Virus record (IMG/VR): IMGVR_UViG_3300027814_000009
Coordinates: 1-24,384 of that record
DNA: 24,384 nt
Reading direction: 5' to 3' (one strand)
DNA from: a virus
Taxonomy: Duplodnaviria > Caudoviricetes
Shown: positions 8,750-15,893 of the stretch, piece after piece
Layout: each line of letters starts with the position of its first letter
How positions within the stretch are numbered: the stretch's first letter is position 1
Program-made: the position numbers and the translations under genes
The notes under the pieces: model-generated
Told to the model about the DNA's origin: nothing
Database searches by the model: none
Seen by the model: only the letters and a program-made list of their open reading frames with translations

Positions 8750-8912
8750 TTAGGGCGGTCTCTCCCGCGGTCACGCCGAGGCACATTGTCATTGACGTTA
8801 CTGACTATGACCAATGCAAGCACTGGTAGGAAGTATTACCCCCTCCACTTACTACTCTCTGCCGAGTCGGAGGGGCAACATGTGCCATATTGATGAGTCC
8901 CCCGGCAGCGTC
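8750..8912 (-). ncRNA. Candidate structured RNA / cis-regulatory element
   Basis: Only large non-coding gap in the operon; several nested complementary segments (see findings). Confidence 0.45.
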
Positions 8913-8916
8913 GAAA

Positions 8917-9270
8917 CTAAAACAGTATCTTCATAGCAGCATTGCGTTGTCGGGTAGTTGGCCCTTTGGCAATCTTCTTTCGTTGCTTATATCTTTGGTG
9001 GATCTCAGACCTTGTAAGCGGTACTCGAACCACATCTTCCCCCATACCCCACGCATAAGCAGGAGTGTTTATTCTGCCCTTCGCATCAAGCGCCCACTTA
9101 GAAATGTGGACTAGCTTTCTTGCACGAAACATACGCATCAAGCGTTGGGCTGTGTAGTGGCTGCACTTTGCTACTTCACCGAGCTGGAAACAAGTTAAGC
9201 CCTCGTCCCCAGCTCTCATCAGTTCATAGACCACATCCACAAATTTCGCGTGGTTGATCTTCTCTACCAT
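8917..9270 (-). CDS. Putative winged-helix DNA-binding protein with basic C-terminus
   Basis: GLTCFQLGEVAKCSHYTAQRLMR..R...LVHI..W pattern; TAATG coupling puts the start at 9270. Confidence 0.6.
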   Translation of the reverse strand: MVEKINHAKFVDVVYELMRAGDEGLTCFQLGEVAKCSHYTAQRLMRMFRARKLVHISKWALDAKGRINTPAYAWGMGEDVVRVPLTRSEIHQRYKQRKKIAKGPTTRQRNAAMKILF

Positions 9271-9509
9271 TACCAATCCACTAGATCATCGTCAGCAGCT
9301 TGGGCAGAGTTACGAGCGCCACCACCACCAGTGTCAGGTTCAAGGTTGCCAGATAGATACTGGAGTCCTGCTTTAGAAGTACGAGGCCACAGACCACCGC
9401 GCCATTTGGTGCCATCTGCAAACTCGATGGTCACGTTATGTGATGGTGCCTTAGGGTTGTCCCCTGCTTTGAGGTTTTTAAATATAGCAATGTTGTTGTA
9501 CTGAGGCAT
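9270..9509 (-). CDS. Small ssDNA-binding protein (DUF736-like) with acidic tail
   Basis: IFKN...NPKAP......G.LW...SKAG.QYLSG motif, Gly linker, acidic aromatic-ending tail DDDLVDW; directly downstream of ERF. Confidence 0.7.
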   Translation of the reverse strand: MPQYNNIAIFKNLKAGDNPKAPSHNVTIEFADGTKWRGGLWPRTSKAGLQYLSGNLEPDTGGGGARNSAQAADDDLVDW

Positions 9510-10162
9510 TACTTAACTCCTTCGTTTTGTAAAGAGATTTTCTTTTGCAACTTACTTACGATGACAGCAAACTTATCACGCGGAATTTCTTGCCATGTAA
9601 TAACTTTGAAGGCATTGAGGATAGTATCCTCGTCTTCTCCAGCTTTGTCAACTAGTTCTTTGATGATTGATACATCATCATCGTTAAGCATCTCTACCTT
9701 AGCCTTAGCTTTTGGCATCAACTCATGGGTAGTTTTATCTGGATCTTCATCAATAGGTATCGCGAACAACTGGAAAGCCATATACTTGTATGCGATTGAC
9801 AGTGCCTTATTGGTAGCCTTGTCGCCTGAGTCCATAGCTTCACCGGGCACAACGCATACTACTTCGCTGCCATCGATGACGGAACGAATGGTGTATGCCA
9901 TAGTTACGGTAACGTAGAACAAAGGATTGCCGCGGCTATTCTGTCGCTCACTTACATCACGGCTCATCATTTGTGGGATGATGACGAGGCCAGCTTCGGT
10001 CAGGTGCTGCGACATACGATTCAAAACTTCATCGATGCCACGGAACTTGAAACCTTGTGACTCGTTCTTGCTGTTCTTGCCGATGCCCTTCTCTGAGAAG
10101 GCGTGCATGACACTTTGGATACCCTTTAATACTTCTGGTGCGGTTGAGATTGTATTGCTCAC
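9509..10162 (-). CDS. erf: ERF-family single-strand annealing recombinase
   Basis: QGFKFRGIDEVLN and GEAMDSGDKATNKALSIAYKY..FQLFAIP..EDPD motifs; GTG start with GGAGG. Confidence 0.9.
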   Translation of the reverse strand: MSNTISTAPEVLKGIQSVMHAFSEKGIGKNSKNESQGFKFRGIDEVLNRMSQHLTEAGLVIIPQMMSRDVSERQNSRGNPLFYVTVTMAYTIRSVIDGSEVVCVVPGEAMDSGDKATNKALSIAYKYMAFQLFAIPIDEDPDKTTHELMPKAKAKVEMLNDDDVSIIKELVDKAGEDEDTILNAFKVITWQEIPRDKFAVIVSKLQKKISLQNEGVK

Positions 10163-10187
10163 ATAGCCTCCGTTGAAAAGGAAACGT

Positions 10188-10216
10188 ATTGTTGCACAGG
10201 TTCTAGGTGTAGTAAA
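10188..10216 (-). promoter_or_regulatory. Possible sigma70-type promoter for the erf operon
   Basis: TTTACT-N17-AACAAT with extended -10 TG; imperfect -10. Confidence 0.3.
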
Positions 10217-10386
10217 GGATTTTCTACATAATATTTTTTAATTAAGTCCGTGGTTTCTATAACTAAAAGCTATTATGTCAGAAACTTCCTAGATCTAGTT
10301 ATGAAAACGTAGTACTTTATTAACAAGTACCGACAAGTCCGTAATGTGTATACAAACTTCGGACAAGGTTGCCATAAAAACAAGGG

Positions 10387-10415
10387 TTGCATGATATTTT
10401 TTTTGGTGCTATATT
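10387..10415 (+). promoter_or_regulatory. Sigma70-type promoter with extended -10, upstream of candidate sRNA
   Basis: TTGCAT(10387)-N17-TATATT(10410) with TG at 10407-8 and an A-tract upstream. Confidence 0.6.
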
Positions 10416-10420
10416 TCGTG

Positions 10421-10555
10421 CCCGGCATTGATCGACCCGATGCTCGCTAGTCAGGCAGAACGAAGCGGATAAAACCCTAACACATGGGAATAAACGAGTT
10501 GCCATCCTTCTAACAAAAGGACTTACCCCCTTAACTGGGGTTAGGTTCTATTTTG
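10421..10555 (+). ncRNA. Candidate ~135-nt small RNA
   Basis: GC-richer structured island between a promoter and a terminator-like hairpin; no credible + strand ORF. Confidence 0.45.
10518..10554 (+). terminator. Terminator-like hairpin
   Basis: AGGACTTACCCC-cttaact-GGGGTTAGGTTCT followed by ATTTT. Confidence 0.45.
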
Positions 10556-10568
10556 CATGAAATTTTAA

Positions 10569-10583
10569 TGAGAATAATTCTCA
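10569..10583. promoter_or_regulatory. 7-1-7 palindromic operator, Fur-box-like
   Basis: TGAGAAT-A-ATTCTCA perfect inverted repeat; 10564-10582 matches GATAATGATAATCATTATC at 14/19 positions. Confidence 0.55.
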
Positions 10584-10601
10584 ACTAGTATTCAGGTAGT
10601 G

Positions 10602-10630
10602 TTGACAAAAGAAAGTTAAAAGCATATAGT
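10602..10630 (+). promoter_or_regulatory. Sigma70 promoter of the replication operon
   Basis: TTGACA-N17-TATAGT, 40 nt upstream of the primase ATG. Confidence 0.85.
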
Positions 10631-10670
10631 TGTTTATACCGTCTAACAAGAAAATTTTCTCAATGAGTAT

Positions 10671-12368
10671 ATGAATTTTTCAGATGTTGGTATCTATGTA
10701 AAAGCTGGGGCACATGGGCAAATAAAAACTACCTGTCCACAGTGTTCACCTACGCGAAAGAAAAAGAATTATCCATGCTTGAATGTGAATGTCGATGATG
10801 GTGTCTGGAATTGTTGGCACTGTGGTTGGTCAGGGGCACTCAAGAAACCAATAGCTATAACCGGAAGGAAGATAGTGCAAGAAAAACCTAAGGTAGTTCC
10901 AAACTTTAAAGCACAACTCCTCAATGAAGAGGCACTCAAATACCTAGAGGGTAGAGGTATTACACCTGAGGTAGCTGCTCGTAATCAAATCTCTCTTGCC
11001 ACGAAGTACATGCCTCAACGTGAAGCAGAGGTTAGTTGTCTGGCATTCCCATTTGTTAAGCATGGAAAGGTTGTCAATGTCAAATACAGAGACAAGCACA
11101 AGTACTTCACTCAAGAAGCAGGAGCAGAACGATCTTGGTACAAGTACGACGACATTGATCCAAAGTGTACGATTATCACGGAAGGTGAGTTTGACGCTTT
11201 GGCTCTTGAGGTTGCGGGTTTTCGTCACGCAATATCTGTACCTGATGGGGCACCGACATCCACGTCGAAGAATCTCACTCAGAAATTCGCGTTCCTCGAT
11301 GTGGAAGATGAGAGGATCGATGCGGTGGAGAAGTTCATCCTTGCCATCGATGCCGATGCACCGGGTCGGAAACTCGAAGAGGAACTCGCACGTCGCTTGG
11401 GCAAAGAGCGGTGCTATACGGTACGGTGGCCGGAAGGATGCAAAGATGCTAATGACGTACTTGTAGAACACGGGGCTGAAGTACTAGCCAAGATCATACA
11501 AGAGGCACAACCCTATCCGGTTGATGGTATCTTCGAGCTGAATGATATGGCGGTTGATCTTGATGAGATCTATGAGAAAGGATTACCTGCCGGACTCACA
11601 ACAGGATGGACAAACGTCGATGAGTTCTATCGCCCAATGGAAGGGCAATGGACTTTGGTAACAGGGGTGCCGGGGATGGGTAAGTCTGAATGGCTTGATG
11701 CCCTGATGATGAACATGTCTCGCCAACACTTCTGGGTTACTGGAGTTTGCTCACCAGAGAATCAGCCCATTACATTCCATGCCTCAAAGCTGATGGAGAA
11801 GTACGCAGGTAAGAGGTTGCACAAGATGACGCGGGAAGAATACAACGAGGCAAAGGAATGGGTGAATACATTCTTCAAGTTCATCCTGCCAGAAGATCGT
11901 ACCCTTGAGTCACTGTTAGCAAAAGCGAAACTATTAGTCAAGCGCTATGGCATGAAGGGTCTGATCATCGATCCCTATAACGAGATCACCCATACCCACA
12001 GGAAGGAAGGTATCTCAGAGACAGAGTACATCTCCGAGTTCTTGGCACAACTGCGTGGGTTTTGCCGGAGCATGGGGGTACACATCTTCCTAGTGGCACA
12101 CCCTACCAAGTTACAGAAAGGCGTGGACGGTAAGTACCCTGTGCCTACTGGCTATGACGTTGCCGGATCTGCACACTTTTTCAATAAAGCTGATAATATT
12201 ATTGCTGTGCATAGGGATAAAAGCAACCCACATGCACCAAGCGAAATACATATCCAGAAGATACGGTCTCGTTGGCTAGGTCAACTAGGTACTACGAACC
12301 TTACTTGGGATAAACATAGCGGTCAGTATGCCACCCCGCTTAACTACGTCGGAGACTTCATGCGATGA
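10671..12368 (+). CDS. Bifunctional DNA primase-helicase (T7 gp4/Twinkle type: Zn-binding, TOPRIM, SF4 helicase)
   Basis: CPQC..CWHC; TOPRIM motifs TEGEFDALAL, SVPDGA, DAD.PG and CKDANDVL; Walker A GVPGMGKS; IIDPYN; VAHP; K.R finger. Confidence 0.95.
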   Translation: MNFSDVGIYVKAGAHGQIKTTCPQCSPTRKKKNYPCLNVNVDDGVWNCWHCGWSGALKKPIAITGRKIVQEKPKVVPNFKAQLLNEEALKYLEGRGITPEVAARNQISLATKYMPQREAEVSCLAFPFVKHGKVVNVKYRDKHKYFTQEAGAERSWYKYDDIDPKCTIITEGEFDALALEVAGFRHAISVPDGAPTSTSKNLTQKFAFLDVEDERIDAVEKFILAIDADAPGRKLEEELARRLGKERCYTVRWPEGCKDANDVLVEHGAEVLAKIIQEAQPYPVDGIFELNDMAVDLDEIYEKGLPAGLTTGWTNVDEFYRPMEGQWTLVTGVPGMGKSEWLDALMMNMSRQHFWVTGVCSPENQPITFHASKLMEKYAGKRLHKMTREEYNEAKEWVNTFFKFILPEDRTLESLLAKAKLLVKRYGMKGLIIDPYNEITHTHRKEGISETEYISEFLAQLRGFCRSMGVHIFLVAHPTKLQKGVDGKYPVPTGYDVAGSAHFFNKADNIIAVHRDKSNPHAPSEIHIQKIRSRWLGQLGTTNLTWDKHSGQYATPLNYVGDFMR

Positions 12369-12607
12369 AAGATGTCAAAGTTAATGTACCACAAGATGAT
12401 GGCACCACTAAAGAGATGACCATTGTATTCCACGATGGTTGCTTCGATGGAGTGTTAGATGATATTGAGATCACGCAAGATGACATCGATGACTTGATCA
12501 ATGAGATAGTCAAAGCAGCAGAGTCAGGCGAGCTGTTCCAAAATGCACACCCAGTAACGGAGGAAGAATGGGAACAGATACAGGGTCAGATGCAAACTCG
12601 ACAGTAA
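12365..12607 (+). CDS. Acidic hypothetical protein
   Basis: ATGA-coupled to primase; strongly D/E-rich. Confidence 0.7.
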   Translation: MKDVKVNVPQDDGTTKEMTIVFHDGCFDGVLDDIEITQDDIDDLINEIVKAAESGELFQNAHPVTEEEWEQIQGQMQTRQ

Positions 12608-12843
12608 GAAATTTTCCTTACACGAAATCAGATCTACACAAAGAGAGAACTCAGAATTGTTATGATACTCTCGAAGATGCAAGGCAGTTCATAGAAGAGA
12701 TCGGCGGGGCAGATGAGGTGTTGATATGGATTAGATCAGGCACCGAGTTCCGTCGATTGAATACACCAGTTGATGATGTCATCGGATTGATTGGCAGAAT
12801 AGAGATGCACAAAGATGATCTTATCAGTTGGATGAAGTCATGA
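12568..12843 (+). CDS. Hypothetical protein
   Basis: GGAGG RBS; stop coupled (ATGA) to the next gene. Confidence 0.65.
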   Translation: MGTDTGSDANSTVRNFPYTKSDLHKERTQNCYDTLEDARQFIEEIGGADEVLIWIRSGTEFRRLNTPVDDVIGLIGRIEMHKDDLISWMKS

Positions 12844-13130
12844 CATTCAGAAACAAAAAGCTTTTAGATATTGCAAGAGGTCAAGCCTGTGTAATGTGCG
12901 GCAATCAAGATGATACGGTTGTCGCAGCACACAGCAATTTATTGGAGCATGGAAAGGGCAGAGGATTAAAGGCACATGATGGTATGCATGCGTGGCTTTG
13001 TTATGTGTGCCACACAGAGTACGATCAAGGTAACAAGATGGACAAGGCTGAGAGGCGCGAGTACATATTGACAGCAATCTGCAAAACTTACATGGAGCTA
13101 TGGAATAAAGAATTGATAGGAGTGAAGTGA
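12840..13130 (+). CDS. DUF1364/YbcO-like putative Zn-dependent nuclease
   Basis: RNKKLL..ARGQAC..CG...TVVAAHSN...GKG.GLKAHD...AWLC..CH..YDQ signature. Confidence 0.8.
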   Translation: MTFRNKKLLDIARGQACVMCGNQDDTVVAAHSNLLEHGKGRGLKAHDGMHAWLCYVCHTEYDQGNKMDKAERREYILTAICKTYMELWNKELIGVK

Positions 13131-13354
13131 TGTTTTACCTGCCACCCGCAATCACAAGAGAGCATGCAATACGCATGGCTAAGCATGTACTAAAAGAAAT
13201 GTGTGACACAGACGTAGATGATGATGTTATTGATCAAGCGGTAACTACATTTGCTACTGTGATAGAGGGTATCGAGCGGTACGAATGCATCAAGATTTTA
13301 AACAAGAATCAAACTATTAGCGCAGCACTTGATGAAATCAAACAGAGAGGATAA
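13127..13354 (+). CDS. Hypothetical protein
   Basis: Coupled to the upstream stop; GGAG RBS. Confidence 0.65.
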   Translation: MMFYLPPAITREHAIRMAKHVLKEMCDTDVDDDVIDQAVTTFATVIEGIERYECIKILNKNQTISAALDEIKQRG

Positions 13355-13355
13355 T

Positions 13356-13457
13356 ATGTTTAGCCAGAAAGTCAGACAAGTTCTTGAAGACGTGTCACTT
13401 GTATTGTGGATTGTTACCCTTGCTAGTTGGATGTTGTGGGGATGGACGCGAGTATGA
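13356..13457 (+). CDS. 33-aa membrane microprotein (MFSQKVRQVLEDVSLVLWIVTLASWMLWGWTRV), absent from the ORF track
   Basis: GAGGA RBS, single hydrophobic Trp-rich helix, ATGA-coupled to the next gene. Confidence 0.7.
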   Translation: MFSQKVRQVLEDVSLVLWIVTLASWMLWGWTRV

Positions 13458-13690
13458 GTGCCGTGCCTTGGAATGATGAGGAGCATGGGGTCTCTTACGA
13501 AGATCTAGCCGCTGCTTGCGAAGAGTATGCTGAGTTAATAACCAGAGCAGTTACTCTAGTCAAGAACTGGAAAGAGACGGGAGACAATAACTTAATCGAG
13601 GTGTTGGATTATTTGTTGCAAGACTACGACCTTGACAACTATGACTTCGAAGATATAGAATCAGAGGACGATGATGGCACAAGACATTGA
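13454..13690 (+). CDS. Acidic hypothetical protein
   Basis: Start MSAVPW via ATGA overlap; very acidic C-terminus. Confidence 0.7.
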   Translation: MSAVPWNDEEHGVSYEDLAAACEEYAELITRAVTLVKNWKETGDNNLIEVLDYLLQDYDLDNYDFEDIESEDDDGTRH

Positions 13691-14012
13691 GCGATTGATG
13701 CATGAGTACCGAGAAAAGATTAAAGAGTACGCATCAGCTAAAGCACGTCGCACATACATCGAAGAGTTTCGAAAGAGTAAGTTCGCTATCCTAATGCGCG
13801 AGGCTGACAGGCTAGGCTTTAAGACAGCGGCTGCTCAAGAGAGAGAAGCATATTCATCAGAAGAGTACGTTGAGTTTCTTGATGGATTGCAGGAGGCAGT
13901 AGAAGCAGAGGAGCGTTTGCGTTACGATCTTCGCGCAATAGAGATGGAAGCAGAAGTATGGCGAACCAGACGTGCAGATGAACGATTCGAAAAGAAAGCT
14001 TATGGAGCCTAA
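13671..14012 (+). CDS. Conserved helical phage replication-region protein
   Basis: AAQEREAY.SEEY..FL.GL.EAVE.EE.LR...EVWRT..A.ER pattern recognisable from phage replication modules; function unknown. Confidence 0.75.
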   Translation: MMAQDIERLMHEYREKIKEYASAKARRTYIEEFRKSKFAILMREADRLGFKTAAAQEREAYSSEEYVEFLDGLQEAVEAEERLRYDLRAIEMEAEVWRTRRADERFEKKAYGA

Positions 14013-14412
14013 GTTACAGAAGAGAAGAGAGCGCAATCCTCGTGAGGTTCTAAATCGTGGTGCATCATGGAAGCCTATGTGTTTCCAAAGCCGTGATCAG
14101 TACAAGGATTGGGTTCACTTAATGCGTCAGTCACCACGTCCTCGCGACACAGGTTATTGCTATGACTGTACACCTGAGTTCAAAGCAGAGATGATGGAGT
14201 GTGGTAGGTGTGAGCATCCAGAGACTAGGTTTGTATTGCGTAAGAATCCAACAGAAGGTGAGGTCGAACTGGTTGGCATTAGTTCGGAGAGCATGTTCTG
14301 GAAGCGGGTACAGAGGGGCGGCACCATCCTGAATTGGGGTAACAAGGATGACCAAGAGGTGCCTATTACTCTGACTGATGATCTATTTGGGGATGAAGAA
14401 GATGCCGATTAA
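14002..14412 (+). CDS. Cys-rich hypothetical protein (putative metal binding)
   Basis: PMCF...YCYDCTPEFK..M..CGRCEHP; acidic tail; start uncertain (13972 or 14002). Confidence 0.7.
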   Translation: MEPKLQKRRERNPREVLNRGASWKPMCFQSRDQYKDWVHLMRQSPRPRDTGYCYDCTPEFKAEMMECGRCEHPETRFVLRKNPTEGEVELVGISSESMFWKRVQRGGTILNWGNKDDQEVPITLTDDLFGDEEDAD

Positions 14413-14806
14413 CAGCCGTGCCAAAGGTAAGACAGCCGAGCGTGAGTTGATCAATGAGCTTAGCCCGATGTTGCCAATGTTGAAACTAGAAAGAAACCTA
14501 GACCAGACAAGGGAAGGTGGGTATGACATCAAAGGCATGGGGCAGTGGGCGGCAGAGGTAAAGCGTTATAAAGTTATTAAGCCCGGAGATTTCAAAAGGT
14601 TCTGGACTCAGACACTTGAACAAGCACGGAGCGATCGGAAGCTTCCTGCCCTCTTCATGCGGGAAGATAACAGAGAGTGGGTTGTAGTCGTTCGATTACA
14701 CGATGTGATGGTGGACTTCGAGATGGAGTGTGATGATTGGCTTACCTGTCAAGTAAGTCTAGCTGGTTTTGTCCACGTTTACAAGGCAAACAATTGGGAG
14801 ATTTGA
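14402..14806 (+). CDS. Holliday junction resolvase (Hjc-like PD-(D/E)XK nuclease)
   Basis: NSRAKG..AERE, RNL.Q.R.GG.DI, EVKR, W.Q and P.LF.R.DN..W motifs. Confidence 0.85.
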   Translation: MPINSRAKGKTAERELINELSPMLPMLKLERNLDQTREGGYDIKGMGQWAAEVKRYKVIKPGDFKRFWTQTLEQARSDRKLPALFMREDNREWVVVVRLHDVMVDFEMECDDWLTCQVSLAGFVHVYKANNWEI

Positions 14807-14973
14807 TGGAGAGAAAGTACTGTACAAGTTGCGCTAGTGAGAGGCCAGTTGCAGGGGGGATTTGGTTGCAGTGCAATAAGACAAGGCGGTGGAAGTGCGC
14901 GAGTTGCGCCGAGAAGAAAACCCCTAGCTGGATAAACCAAGACAAGGAGAAGAGCAATGCCAAGAGCGTATGA
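14806..14973 (+). CDS. Small CxxC...CxxC zinc-finger protein
   Basis: MERKYCTSC...RRWKCASC; TGATG coupling and GGAG RBS. Confidence 0.7.
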   Translation: MERKYCTSCASERPVAGGIWLQCNKTRRWKCASCAEKKTPSWINQDKEKSNAKSV

Positions 14974-15322
14974 CAATGTATGGCAGGGAGAGACGAAGCG
15001 AGTACTAACCGTATGCTCGGCAAACATGTTGCGGTCTCCGACTATGCAGGTAGTCCTATCGGCACCCCCTTTCAATTACAATACTAGGAGCTGCGGCATC
15101 TATGACTTTGCCCTAGTACCTGTCACTCAAGAACTACTTGATTGGGCTGATGAGATTGTGTGTGCTGACAATGAGCATGCAGAACGAATCGTGCAGCTAG
15201 TCCACAAGTACGGCATAAAGGATAAGCCAGTTGTCAATCTTCGTATACCTGATCATTATGAGTATCGTAATCCAAAACTTATCAGACTTATCGCCGAAAG
15301 ATATCAAGCAATAATAGACTAG
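14957..15322 (+). CDS. Low-molecular-weight protein tyrosine phosphatase-like protein
   Basis: P-loop VLTVCSANMLRSPT (CX5R), LLDWAD.I and L.IPD.Y.Y..P.L motifs; AAGGAG RBS. Confidence 0.88.
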   Translation: MPRAYDNVWQGETKRVLTVCSANMLRSPTMQVVLSAPPFNYNTRSCGIYDFALVPVTQELLDWADEIVCADNEHAERIVQLVHKYGIKDKPVVNLRIPDHYEYRNPKLIRLIAERYQAIID

Positions 15323-15323
15323 C

Positions 15324-15809
15324 ATGTTCAAGTCTCCTGATCAAGCACTGGCCTTTGCCTTTCGCATGAGGAACAGTTCTGTCATCAGCCTACCTAGTGC
15401 TACCTACATTGCCAATAAAACTGACAATGAAAGCACTAGTGATAGGTTGACACAGTATGATCTACATGCACAGGCAGGGATGATCTTCAGCTTCCTATCC
15501 AGACGACCAGAAGATGAACAGCTATATGCTTTTTATTTGCACGGAACGATCGAGGAGCAGCGCCTCGTTGCAAAGGCGTTAAGCGGGAAACTTAAAGATC
15601 ATCTCTCTAAATACGGTCTTGACTCTTATCAACTTCGCAATGCAATATTGTGTAAAAGTGTACGAGATGTACGAGACAAGGTTGGACTTAGCCAACACAA
15701 GGCGTGGAAGTTCAGGCGTGAGCTGGCAGAATATCTCCAGCCCAGCCAGAACAGTTTGATGGATTCTTTGTGGGAATGGTTGCAAGAATCCGAGAATGAG
15801 GTAAACTAA
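15324..15809 (+). CDS. Putative transcription regulator (Q-like position, C-terminal HTH-like segment)
   Basis: Last gene of the replication operon; SVRDVRDKVGLSQHKAWKFRR resembles an HTH; function is inference. Confidence 0.55.
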   Translation: MFKSPDQALAFAFRMRNSSVISLPSATYIANKTDNESTSDRLTQYDLHAQAGMIFSFLSRRPEDEQLYAFYLHGTIEEQRLVAKALSGKLKDHLSKYGLDSYQLRNAILCKSVRDVRDKVGLSQHKAWKFRRELAEYLQPSQNSLMDSLWEWLQESENEVN

Positions 15810-15853
15810 TTCTGCAGTTCATTCAACTGCACCCTACTCCTTCACAGGGATTT

Positions 15854-15893
15854 GCCCCGGAACTCCATGATCGGAACCCCGGGGCTTTTTTTT
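15854..15893 (+). terminator. Rho-independent terminator between convergent operons
   Basis: GCCCCGG...CCGGGGC stem with inner TCC/GGA pairs, followed by 8 T. Confidence 0.85.

Noticed and set aside
8890-8918. Hammerhead-ribozyme-like TGATGAG...CGAAAC on the + strand
   Set aside because: The core begins TTGATGA rather than CTGATGA, the intervening bases do not form stem II, and it is on the non-transcribed strand
7527-10166. + strand ORFs opposite the recombination operon (e.g. 7562-8161, 9561-9917)
   Set aside because: Antisense to well-supported genes, with atypical composition
10405-10420. NrdR-box-like sequence over the -10 of the candidate sRNA promoter
   Set aside because: Several mismatches, no tandem second box, and the match is largely explained by the -10 element
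10320-10505. 61-aa - strand ORF in the control region
   Set aside because: No recognisable protein features, and it runs across the + strand promoter and structured segment; cannot be fully excluded
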